Of a stretch of DNA of 64,000 nucleotides, positions 18,611 through 27,257 are shown piece by piece. Location: NCBI GenBank assembly GCA_963664395.2, contig OY761159.2:416001-480000 (forward strand), read 5' to 3'. The position numbers and the translations under genes are program-made. Each line of letters opens with the position of its first letter. The stretch's first letter is position 1. Below the pieces are notes generated by a model. That model was not told where the DNA came from, did no database searches, and was given only the letters and a program-made list of their open reading frames with translations. Origin of the DNA: Candidatus Binatia bacterium. GTDB lineage: Bacteria; Desulfobacterota; Binatia; Bin18.

Positions 18611-18711
18611 TTTCCCATCCATACGCAACACCTGCTTCGTCCAAGTCTTTCCTCAACCGGCCCGAAGTGGTATGGCGGAAAGCGTACGGCAACAATTGAG
18701 GGAGGGAGTCC

Positions 18712-19557
18712 ATGCCGATTCAGAGCGTAGAGCGCACTACTGCGCCGGACGATATCCTCGCCATTCTCGAACGAGACGGGGTGGTCATCATCCGTGAGTT
18801 GGTTGATCGGACCGCCATGCAAGAGATGATGGGCAAGATCGAGCCCAGACTCGCCGAGCGCAAAACCGGCGGGGGCAAGTTTTTCGGGTATCGCAAACGC
18901 AGTATAGGCGCGCTGTTTTCCCACGGGCCGGAGCTGAGCCGACTCCCTCTCAACCCGGTCGTGCAATCACTCGCAGACACGGTTCTCGGTCCGAGCTGTA
19001 ACACCTACCAGCTCCATGCCACCGGGGCGATACAGGTCTGGGGTGATGGACAAAACCAACCGCTGCACCGAGAACTCGACGCCTATACACCGTTTATCAA
19101 GCTCAATCCGGACGATCCGGAATATATTCTCTTTTTCATGTTTGCCGGTAGCGACTTCAGCGCTGAAAACGGCGCAACCCGGCTCGTGCCGGGCAGCCAT
19201 CGCTGGCCGGCAGACCGACACGCCGCCGAAGCGGAAGTCGCCCAGGCCGTCATGCCCCAGGGATCGGCTGTGGTGTGGCTCGGCAAAACGCTGCACGGGC
19301 TGGGGACGAATACGACTGACACCCCACGCACCGGCCTGTTTTTTTCCTTTAGCGTGGGTTGGCTGCGGCAGGAAGAGAATCAGTATTTAGCCGTCCCGAT
19401 TGATATCGCGAAAGAACTGCCGGAACGCTTGCAGCAGTTGCTCGGCTATCGGTCGCACGGCACCTTCCTCGGCTGGGTTGATGGCCGGGATAGTGAACTG
19501 CAAACCCGCGAGACCCCACTCGAAATGTTTGAAGATGTCGAAGGGGTGACGTATTGA
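18712..19557 (+). CDS. Phytanoyl-CoA dioxygenase (PhyH) family protein
   Basis: QPLHRE, NGATRLVPGSHRW, LHGLG.N and GWLRQEEN motifs. Confidence 0.9.
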   Translation: MPIQSVERTTAPDDILAILERDGVVIIRELVDRTAMQEMMGKIEPRLAERKTGGGKFFGYRKRSIGALFSHGPELSRLPLNPVVQSLADTVLGPSCNTYQLHATGAIQVWGDGQNQPLHRELDAYTPFIKLNPDDPEYILFFMFAGSDFSAENGATRLVPGSHRWPADRHAAEAEVAQAVMPQGSAVVWLGKTLHGLGTNTTDTPRTGLFFSFSVGWLRQEENQYLAVPIDIAKELPERLQQLLGYRSHGTFLGWVDGRDSELQTRETPLEMFEDVEGVTY

Positions 19558-19569
19558 GGAGCTACCCGC

Positions 19570-20574
19570 ATGGCAGAGTTTAACTACTCAGCGTTTTTTC
19601 GCCGGATTCAAGACCTCAAGCAGTTGCAGATCAGGGCGGAAGACGTCTCCTGGGTCGAGAAACATCACACGCCCGACCGAACCTACGAGACCGTGCTGTA
19701 TCTGGGCTGCAATATCTTACGCACGCCCCATATCGCCAAGCAGGTCATCGACGTGTTTACCCACCTGGGGATCGATTTTATTCCCGTCGGCGGGGTGCAG
19801 TTCTGCTGCGGTATTGTCTGGGACAAATTTGACGGTCCGAAGAAAGGAAGTCAGGTTTCTGATCGGACGGTTGGGCGCTTGGAATCTTATCAGCCCAAAC
19901 GAGTAGTCATGTGGTGCCCATCCTGCAACGTCCATTTCAAGGACGTTATCATTGGTCGTGACAGCCGCCAGCCGCAGTTCGAGATCACCCATACCACCCA
20001 GTTCCTGGCCGAGATGGTCCAGCGCGGCGAGATCGCGTGGGACCGAGCAGTTCCTGGCAAGGTCGCCCTCCATACCCACGTGGGCCGCACCGGGCATGAA
20101 GAGGGACAGCGGCGGGCCAAGATCGACCGAGAGGCGGCGGCCACACTCCTGGGTTCGATTCCCGGTGTCGAGCTGCTTGACGAGCTTCAGTCTCCGCCGG
20201 AGCTGGACTACGACTGCGGAGCGGCCGGCCTGCGTCTGCCGCCACAGCGCTTTCAGGCCATCCGGACCGAACTGGTCCATTCGCTCAAGAGCACGAGCCC
20301 GGCGGACACCTTGGCAACCATCTCACACGCCTGTCATCGCGAGTGGTGCGACATCGGCGACACTCGTCTCAGCGTCCGCAATTATATCTCCATCGTTGCC
20401 GAAGCATTAGGGCTTGAGACCGAGCACGACCAACTCGGTGATTTCAAGCAGACCACCGACCTCGAAGACATCCTGGATCGTTCGCGTGACGCCTGGGAGT
20501 CGCACGGGCTCAGCCGCGAGCAGGCCAGAGACCTGGCGGCCAGGTATTTCGCAGACGGCGCCATGGCTCCGTAG
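19570..20574 (+). CDS. Cysteine-rich CCG-domain (HdrB/GlpC-like) Fe-S protein
   Basis: YLGC, CCG and CPSC; second domain with H, DCG and HAC. Confidence 0.7.
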   Translation: MAEFNYSAFFRRIQDLKQLQIRAEDVSWVEKHHTPDRTYETVLYLGCNILRTPHIAKQVIDVFTHLGIDFIPVGGVQFCCGIVWDKFDGPKKGSQVSDRTVGRLESYQPKRVVMWCPSCNVHFKDVIIGRDSRQPQFEITHTTQFLAEMVQRGEIAWDRAVPGKVALHTHVGRTGHEEGQRRAKIDREAAATLLGSIPGVELLDELQSPPELDYDCGAAGLRLPPQRFQAIRTELVHSLKSTSPADTLATISHACHREWCDIGDTRLSVRNYISIVAEALGLETEHDQLGDFKQTTDLEDILDRSRDAWESHGLSREQARDLAARYFADGAMAP

Positions 20575-20629
20575 TCCACGGCTCCGTAGTTCATGAGACG
20601 CGGCGCAGGTCTGAGGGCCGGTCTTTTTC

Positions 20630-21073
20630 CTACAGTTCAACCTTGAAGGTATCCGCCAGGCCGTTGGCGTAAGAGATACGCTTGGGAGTGAGGCGCATCA
20701 TGCGCAAGCTGTCATAGCCAAAGAACGGTTCTTCAAACGGATTCTTGGTCAGGAAACGTTCTTTTAATTCGTCCCATTCGGCGCTGTCCCGAGCGACCTC
20801 CGTGGCGAGCCCCTGTATCGTCGCGCGCGCTACTTGCAAGGTTGCAACATCGGCCGTGTCTCTATTATCAATCGCAACCGTCGCCTGGGGACGCGTGAGT
20901 AGATTGGAATACTTCTCCGCGGCAGCCAACATAATGAAAATCAAATCCAGCTCGTCGGTCTGTCCAAACGCCTGTAGATGGGCCGTCGGCCAGGCCTCCC
21001 CCTGGGTTGTGAGGACGGCCACGTGCTGCTGGGCGCATAAGTCCGCGAGTTTTTGTTTCTGCTCGGCATCCAT
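20630..21073 (-). CDS. Pyridoxamine 5'-phosphate oxidase-like split-barrel protein
   Basis: VAVLTT....P, K..NL...P.....D and RLTPKRI pattern. Confidence 0.75.
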   Translation of the reverse strand: MDAEQKQKLADLCAQQHVAVLTTQGEAWPTAHLQAFGQTDELDLIFIMLAAAEKYSNLLTRPQATVAIDNRDTADVATLQVARATIQGLATEVARDSAEWDELKERFLTKNPFEEPFFGYDSLRMMRLTPKRISYANGLADTFKVEL

Positions 21074-21124
21074 GCATGTCTCCCTTCCTTATTCCACGCA
21101 AGTCAGGTGAAGAGTCTGTCCCGG

Positions 21125-21706
21125 CTATCCCGGCTCCCGCTCGTTAAACGTCACGATCTTCCGAAACCTGTTGAGCACCTCTTCCCCGTAGTCGGCCCGA
21201 ATCTGTTCGGTGATCTTCGGCGGCACCCCGACGTCGTCACGCGCGTCGACCTCCCCGGTAATAACGGTCAGCAGGACGCTGTCTGTGTCCGCGACGTTGC
21301 GAAAGCCGCGATACACGCCCGGCGGACAGGAGAACACATCCCATTTATTGAGCCTGACCGTCTCCTGCCCTTCCTCACCAACGGCAAACTCGAACGCCCC
21401 GTCGAGGACCATAAAGGTCTCGTAGGTGCTGTTGTGGGCGTGTAAACACGGCCCTTGGCCGGGCGGGCAGACAGACACGTTCATCGTTGTGCCGGCCGCG
21501 CCAAATATCGCGGCCGTCTCACCAAACGGATTCTTGGTCTTCTCCAGAATGACCGGCATCAGGCGGCGGGCAAAGATGACATCCATCGCGGCCTGCGGCA
21601 CGTCCGCCATATCCTTGGCCGTGGACATGGGCTGGAGCCGATCAAACCGGGCGACCCGCTGGGCAATGTCTTCTTTGGTCATGTTGCGGTTTTCTCCATT
21701 ATTCAT
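21125..21706 (-). CDS. Cupin domain protein
   Basis: PPGQGPCLHAH...ETF..LDG and PPGVYRGFRN motifs. Confidence 0.85.
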   Translation of the reverse strand: MNNGENRNMTKEDIAQRVARFDRLQPMSTAKDMADVPQAAMDVIFARRLMPVILEKTKNPFGETAAIFGAAGTTMNVSVCPPGQGPCLHAHNSTYETFMVLDGAFEFAVGEEGQETVRLNKWDVFSCPPGVYRGFRNVADTDSVLLTVITGEVDARDDVGVPPKITEQIRADYGEEVLNRFRKIVTFNEREPG

Positions 21707-21734
21707 GTGGCTGCCCTCCTTCAGATTTGTGGTC

Positions 21735-22931
21735 TTACCATAAACGCTCGGACACCAAGGCCGCGCCTTGACTCAGCACGTGTAATTTCGCCCATACCAC
21801 GTCCTCAGCCACCATGGTATAGCCGGCGAAGGTTGAGAACCCACAGTCGGTACTGGCGATAATGCGTTCCCGCTCGCCAACCACGTCGATGATCCGCTCA
21901 ATGCGTTCGGCCACGACCTCGGGGTGTTCGAGATAATTCGTGGTCACATCCACCACGCCGGGAAAGAGCAGCATATCATCCGGGAGGGGGTAGGACACAA
22001 AAAGCTCGCCCTCATGCTGATGACGCGGGTTGGCGAATGGGATGCTCAGCCCGCCCACATTGGCTTGATACAGGAGTGGCAAGAGGGGTTCCAAATCCAT
22101 GTCGTCGATGTGCGGACCGTCCCAGTTCCCCCAGCACACGTGCAGGCGCACGCGGTCTTTGGGGATGTTGACCAAGGCGGCGTTGAGCGCCTCGATATGC
22201 AGCTCGACCCGTTTGAGAAAGGCATCCAGCGGTTTGTCCACATACAGAATCTGGCGCTCAAGGGCCAGGTCGGGTCCATCGACCTGAAGAATATGGCCGT
22301 GCTCAACAATGAGTTCATATTCGCTGCGCAGTTCCTCGGCCAAGGCCAGCACATAGTCTCTGTCAGTGGCGTAGTCCGGATGGTCCGGATTGCGCAACAG
22401 GGTTGTCGAGACAATGCCCGGAGTGGCGGCGGTCACAAACGTCTCTGTCGCCCGGTTCCCGACCCCGGTTCGCTCCAGGGATTGTGTGAAGAGACGCAGT
22501 TCTTGTTGCGCGGCACGCCGCTCTGAGTCGTATTGCACGGCGTATTGGCATTCCGGCATAGCGTATAGGGTTGCACTCTTGGAAATCTCATCTCCGCTGG
22601 CCGCCTGCTGTTGCTTGAGTTTGGCGTAGCCTGGGAATTTTGCAAAATCAGTCACCGTACCGCGGGGCGAGTGACCCCCAAAGCCTGCCATGCGGTCCTT
22701 GACATAAAAAGAGAAGCCGAGCCGGGGCAGTTCGCCATCACCGATAATATCCACCCCCGCTTCGTCCTGTTTTTGCAGTATATAGTCGAGGTCGTGGGCG
22801 ACCTGTTTTTCAAACGCGGCGGCGTCAATCGCCTGACCGGCTTCTCGATCTACCAGCATCTGAAGGAGTCTGTCAGCGCGCGGCAGACTGCCAACATGCG
22901 TGGTGAGAATACGATCAGCGCTGTGTTGCAT
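21735..22931 (-). CDS. Cobalamin-independent methionine synthase II / epoxyalkane:CoM transferase family protein
   Basis: TTHVGSLPR, DGE, LHVCWGN and DCGF zinc-ligand motifs. Confidence 0.9.
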   Translation of the reverse strand: MQHSADRILTTHVGSLPRADRLLQMLVDREAGQAIDAAAFEKQVAHDLDYILQKQDEAGVDIIGDGELPRLGFSFYVKDRMAGFGGHSPRGTVTDFAKFPGYAKLKQQQAASGDEISKSATLYAMPECQYAVQYDSERRAAQQELRLFTQSLERTGVGNRATETFVTAATPGIVSTTLLRNPDHPDYATDRDYVLALAEELRSEYELIVEHGHILQVDGPDLALERQILYVDKPLDAFLKRVELHIEALNAALVNIPKDRVRLHVCWGNWDGPHIDDMDLEPLLPLLYQANVGGLSIPFANPRHQHEGELFVSYPLPDDMLLFPGVVDVTTNYLEHPEVVAERIERIIDVVGERERIIASTDCGFSTFAGYTMVAEDVVWAKLHVLSQGAALVSERLW

Positions 22932-23078
22932 TCACCCCCCCTACTTGAGCACGAGTCGTCGGAATCCAGACATAATGAATTTCAACTTGGCGCGCAAGAT
23001 TATCTTTCTCCCGACTCATTCGCTATACTCACGCCGCAACATTCTGCGTAAATGCCCTGCGATAAAAAGGAGAAAGCC

Positions 23079-24170
23079 ATGCCTGCGGATGTCCTCACCG
23101 TTCGCGCCCTGCGCGCCCGTGCGGTCAGCTTGCCCATGAATCGCCCCATACATACCGGGGGTGGATCGGTCACAAAATTCCCTATGGTTCTAGTTGATCT
23201 TGAGACCGAGGAAGGCATTTGCGGCTGTAGCTATATCTTCTGCTATGCCCCATTTGTCATGACACCGATGGTGAAGCTCCTCGAAAATCTGGGCGAGCTT
23301 ATCGTTGGCGACAACGTTGCCCCGCTCGCCCTGGAAGAAAAGCTCCACGGGTCTTTCCGTTTACTCGGTCCGCAAGGTTTTACGGCCATGGCCGCGGCCG
23401 GGATCGACATGGCCGCCTGGGACGTCTGCGCCAAAGCGGCAGGACAGCCCCTGGTCCAACTCTTAGGCGGGAAGTCACAGCCCATTCCAGCCTACAATAG
23501 TACGGGCTTGAGCATTATGGACGTGGACCGGGTGCGGAGTGAGGCACGCGAGTTGGTTGAGCCGGGCTTCAGTGCCATGAAAGTGCGGCTTGGCTATGAA
23601 GATGCCCGAGCAGATGTCGAGATCGTGCGTGCCATCCGCAATGCCGTGCCGGACGAGATTACGCTGATGTCGGACTACAACCAGGCCCTGTCCGTTGCCG
23701 AGGCCGTGCAGCGCGCCCACGCGCTTGCCGGCGAAGGGCTGTGCTGGATTGAGGAGCCGACCCGGGCGGATGATTACGCCGGCTATGCGCACATCCGCCA
23801 AGCCGCCCATGCGCCCATCCAGCTTGGAGAGAACTTCTGGGGGCCGCACGACATGGCCAAGGCAATCGCGGCAGGGTCCGGGGATTTTCTCATGCCCGAT
23901 GTCAATAAAATCGGCGGCGTGTCCGGCTGGCTGCGGGCAGTCGCACTGGCCGAGCCGGGCGGTATTCCCATCTCCTCTCATCTCTACCCGGAAATCAGCG
24001 TACACCTGCTGGCCGCAACTCCCACGCGACACTGGCTAGAGTATGTGGACTGGGCTGAGCCGGTTCTCCAGGAACCAACCCGGATTGAAGCCGGCTATGC
24101 CTTTCCCTCATCAACCCCGGGGACTGGCATCGCCTGGAATGAGGAGGCGGTCGCCCGGTATTTAGTCTAG
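23079..24170 (+). CDS. Mandelate racemase-like enolase superfamily protein
   Basis: GIDMAAWD, K.R.G, DYNQ, WIEEP, GEN, PD..KIGG..GW, SSHL and WLE motifs. Confidence 0.9.
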   Translation: MPADVLTVRALRARAVSLPMNRPIHTGGGSVTKFPMVLVDLETEEGICGCSYIFCYAPFVMTPMVKLLENLGELIVGDNVAPLALEEKLHGSFRLLGPQGFTAMAAAGIDMAAWDVCAKAAGQPLVQLLGGKSQPIPAYNSTGLSIMDVDRVRSEARELVEPGFSAMKVRLGYEDARADVEIVRAIRNAVPDEITLMSDYNQALSVAEAVQRAHALAGEGLCWIEEPTRADDYAGYAHIRQAAHAPIQLGENFWGPHDMAKAIAAGSGDFLMPDVNKIGGVSGWLRAVALAEPGGIPISSHLYPEISVHLLAATPTRHWLEYVDWAEPVLQEPTRIEAGYAFPSSTPGTGIAWNEEAVARYLV

Positions 24171-24513
24171 CATCAGCCCTATATCCGCCCTTGTTCCAAG
24201 CCTTAACCACAAACGAAGAAACCATCCGCTGGACTGCACGCGAAGGGCGCACGACGGGGCGATTTTCTTGTTCAGCCGGTTCCACGCCAAGTTTGCTCAA
24301 GAGATTCCAACAACGATTGAGCCCTTGATCGAGGCCGGTATTGCCTTTGTCGGGACGGTCGATGATATCCGGCGACAACTGGAAGCGGTCAGAGAAAAAC
24401 TCAACCCGGACTGGTTCATGATTCTCTCTGACCAGGGATTCCTACCTCAGGACGAGATGAAAGAGCAGTTGGACATTCTGGGGACAAAGATTATTCCCGA
24501 GTTTGCTCAGTAA
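24171..24513 (+). pseudogene. Remnant of an LLM-class oxidoreductase (5'-truncated, internally deleted)
   Basis: PPLFQALTTNEETIRWTAREG (~24185-24247) followed by the C-terminal ..FVGTVDDIRRQLE....GTKIIPEFAQ*; no start or N-terminal half. Confidence 0.65.
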
Positions 24514-24545
24514 GTGAGCGGTCGAGTTTCGCTCCACTGCGAGTA

Positions 24546-24578
24546 CCCTCTCCCGCCGGGAGAGGGCTGGGGTGAGGG
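24546..24578. repeat. Intergenic palindromic repeat (ccctctccc...gggagaggg family)
   Basis: Related copy at 37820-37856; both lie between convergent genes. Confidence 0.6.
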
Positions 24579-24601
24579 TTCCTTTTTCAGCAACCCAACG
24601 G

Positions 24602-24988
24602 TTACGGGCGTTGTTTGCGCATCGAGTTCTTGACCAGAATCTTGCCGCCCCTAAAGGTCAGCACATCACAACCGCGCGCCCTCACTTTGGTACCGTCCGC
24701 TACCCTGGTCCCGGTAAATATCCACTCACACCCCCCTCGATTGCCCGCAATAAAGTCTTTACCCACCGGCTCAAAGTGGGCATCCGGATAGCCTTTCCAC
24801 AGACTGGCAAACCCTTTGCGGACTTCCTCTCTACCCTCCCACTTGGTCCCCTCGACCTCGGTGCCGACGGAGGCCATAAACACACAACCATCGGCCATAT
24901 GCTCCATCAGTTTGTCGAGGTCCTTATCGTTCCAGGCCTGGGTAAAATTCGCCAGAAATTCAGGGGTCACTTCGTTTGTGTCAGACAT
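24602..24988 (-). CDS. SnoaL/NTF2-like protein
   Basis: F..AWN..D.D.LM..M..........G, PDA.F and GCD..TF..GKI..K.S.RK; RBS GGAGG. Confidence 0.85.
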   Translation of the reverse strand: MSDTNEVTPEFLANFTQAWNDKDLDKLMEHMADGCVFMASVGTEVEGTKWEGREEVRKGFASLWKGYPDAHFEPVGKDFIAGNRGGCEWIFTGTRVADGTKVRARGCDVLTFRGGKILVKNSMRKQRP

Positions 24989-25072
24989 ACGCTCGTCCTC
25001 CGTCGCGGTAGCAGTCCACTCATACGGGCTGATACTATCACCACATTCTTCATGAAAGATATGGAGGACAGC

Positions 25073-25837
25073 ATGATTATCGGCCACGAACTGTACGGCA
25101 GCGGCCCGGAAGGCGTTATCGTCATGCACGACTTCTACGGCTGCCGGGATACCTGGGCGTTCGCCCGCAATTTTTTTGACACCCGGAATTTTACTTTCGC
25201 ATTCGTTGAGGTACGCGGCTACGGCGAGTCGCGCCATATTCCCGGCGAATACACGCCGGTTGAAGCCGCGTCCGACATCCTCGCCCTGGCCGACAATCTG
25301 GGCTGGGAACAATTTCATATTGTCGGCCATTCCATGAGCGGTATGCTGGCCCAAAGGGTCGTCCTCGACGGTGGCGAGCGCGTTAAATCGGCGATCCTCA
25401 ATACGCCGGTTGCCGCGACCGGCTTGGCTTTTTCTCCCGAGGGCCTGGCCGTCATCACCGATTCGATTACCGACAACGACGCCCTGGCCCAAGCCTTCGA
25501 CGTCCTGACCGGCAACCGGCTGTGCCGGGAATGGCTCGATTTCAAAATCCGGCAAACCCGCTCAACCCGCAGCAAAGAAGCCCAGGCCGGTTATCTGAAA
25601 AGCCTGGCTCAACAAGGCTTTCTCGACCGGATGAAGGGCAATACCACGCCCATGCTCATCATCATTGGCGAGTTCGACATGGAGCCGTTCACTGTGGCGA
25701 TAACAAAAGAGACCTTTCTCACCTGGTATCCCAACGCCGAAATGGCCGTCTGCCGCAACGCCGGTCACTACCCACAGCAGGAAGCGCCCGTCTACGTCGC
25801 CACAGTCATCAATCGGTTTTTGCAAAAGCAGCTTTGA
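25073..25837 (+). CDS. Alpha/beta hydrolase
   Basis: RGYGES, GHSMSG, GEFD and AGHYP motifs. Confidence 0.9.
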   Translation: MIIGHELYGSGPEGVIVMHDFYGCRDTWAFARNFFDTRNFTFAFVEVRGYGESRHIPGEYTPVEAASDILALADNLGWEQFHIVGHSMSGMLAQRVVLDGGERVKSAILNTPVAATGLAFSPEGLAVITDSITDNDALAQAFDVLTGNRLCREWLDFKIRQTRSTRSKEAQAGYLKSLAQQGFLDRMKGNTTPMLIIIGEFDMEPFTVAITKETFLTWYPNAEMAVCRNAGHYPQQEAPVYVATVINRFLQKQL

Positions 25838-25962
25838 GGGGGGAAAGTAAGGCAATCGTATTTCCACTCCCCTCCCAAGAGGGGATTTTCCTGACCTTCT
25901 TTGTCCGTCTCTACCCATTTTTTCCCATGTCCCGTATGCTCCACAGAAAAAAGGAGCCCAGT

Positions 25963-27084
25963 ATGAAAGTCGTCGACGGCGACAGTCACTTGATCGAACC
26001 CCTGGATTTATACCTCCAGTATATTGAGCCGGCCTACCGCGAGCGGGCCATGCATGTGGAGCAGGATAGCGCCAGCGGCAAGCTCCGCATGGTAGTGGAT
26101 AACAAGTCCATGCGACTCGGGAGCGAAATCGACGAGATGCTCAGCATCGTCGTCGGTTATGGGCAGAAGGAAGCCGGCAGTGCGCTCAACGAGTTTGACC
26201 GGTCTCTGTATGCGGGCGGCGACTGGCAGGACATGGACAAGCGCCTGCAATTTCTGGATGCCGAGGGCATTGATTATCAGGTCCTCTACCCCACCCTGGG
26301 CCTCTTATGGGAAGGCGAAGTCCAGGACCCGCCGCTCGCCGCGGCGCTCTGTCGGGCCTATAATACCTGGGCGTTTGAGGTCAGCGCCGGCCATCGTGAC
26401 CGCCTCTTTCCCTCGGCCCATATCTCGCTCCGTGAACCAACGCTGGCCGTGCAGGAGATACAACGGGTGGCCAAACTCGGCGCGCGTTCCATCATGATCG
26501 GCTCCGCACCTATCAACGGCAAGAGCTTCGGCCATCCGGATTACGATCCGCTCTGGGCAGCCGCTCAGGATTGCAATCTGGCCGTCAGTATCCACCCGGC
26601 CGGCAACAAGGAATATCTCGGTAGCGCCTGGTATAAAAACCGCAACCCCGGCTTCATGTTTATCTCCATGAATATCATCCAGGACCCCCGTATGTCGCTG
26701 AGCACCATGGTGTATGACGGCGTGTTCGAGCGCTTTCCCAAATTGCGCGCGGCAACCGTGGAATCCATGGGCAGTTGGGTCGGGGAGTGGATTGAGCGTT
26801 TTGACTATCGCTACCAATACATGCGCCACACCTCGCAGATGAAGCGCCCGATTCGAGAGTATCTGGCCCGCAATATCTGGATCAACGCCGACCCGAGCGA
26901 AAAGCTGCTGCCGTATATCGTCCAGTTTGCCGGAGATGAGAAATTCTTCGTTGGCTCGGACTATCCGCACGCCGAGGGCTTTACCAAGCCGGTAGAGACC
27001 ATGCGCGATTTGCTCTCCGCGCTGCCAACGCAGTCGGTCGATAAAATCCTGGGAGCGAATGCCGCCACGTTTTATGGTATTTGA
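25963..27084 (+). CDS. Amidohydrolase-2 family protein
   Basis: VDGDSHLIEP, YPT, CRAYN, GVFERFP.L and GSDYPHAE motifs. Confidence 0.9.
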   Translation: MKVVDGDSHLIEPLDLYLQYIEPAYRERAMHVEQDSASGKLRMVVDNKSMRLGSEIDEMLSIVVGYGQKEAGSALNEFDRSLYAGGDWQDMDKRLQFLDAEGIDYQVLYPTLGLLWEGEVQDPPLAAALCRAYNTWAFEVSAGHRDRLFPSAHISLREPTLAVQEIQRVAKLGARSIMIGSAPINGKSFGHPDYDPLWAAAQDCNLAVSIHPAGNKEYLGSAWYKNRNPGFMFISMNIIQDPRMSLSTMVYDGVFERFPKLRAATVESMGSWVGEWIERFDYRYQYMRHTSQMKRPIREYLARNIWINADPSEKLLPYIVQFAGDEKFFVGSDYPHAEGFTKPVETMRDLLSALPTQSVDKILGANAATFYGI

Positions 27085-27236
27085 TGAAGGCGGTGGACAT
27101 GAGGCTGTAGCCATGCCGTTGCGCTCGCTGGATGCCGGACTTGATCCGGCATCCAGCGAGCGTCGGGGGCGGGGGACCTGGATTCCTGCTTCCGCAGGAA
27201 TGACGGGCGACTGTACAGAATCGTAATTTGCTCTGG
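27085..27236. mobile_element. Degenerate copy of the MITE-like element
   Basis: aggctgtagccatgccgtt left arm; ggatgccggacttgatccggcatcc and attcctgcttccgcaggaat palindromes; right end acagaatcgtaatttgctctgg. Confidence 0.55.
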
Positions 27237-27257
27237 CCGGTCCGAAAGAAGGCAAAG

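Noticed and set aside
20562-20592. Short direct repeat (ggctccgtagt twice) at a stop codon, possibly a target-site duplication
   Set aside because: The copies are adjacent with no element between them; most likely a simple slippage duplication.
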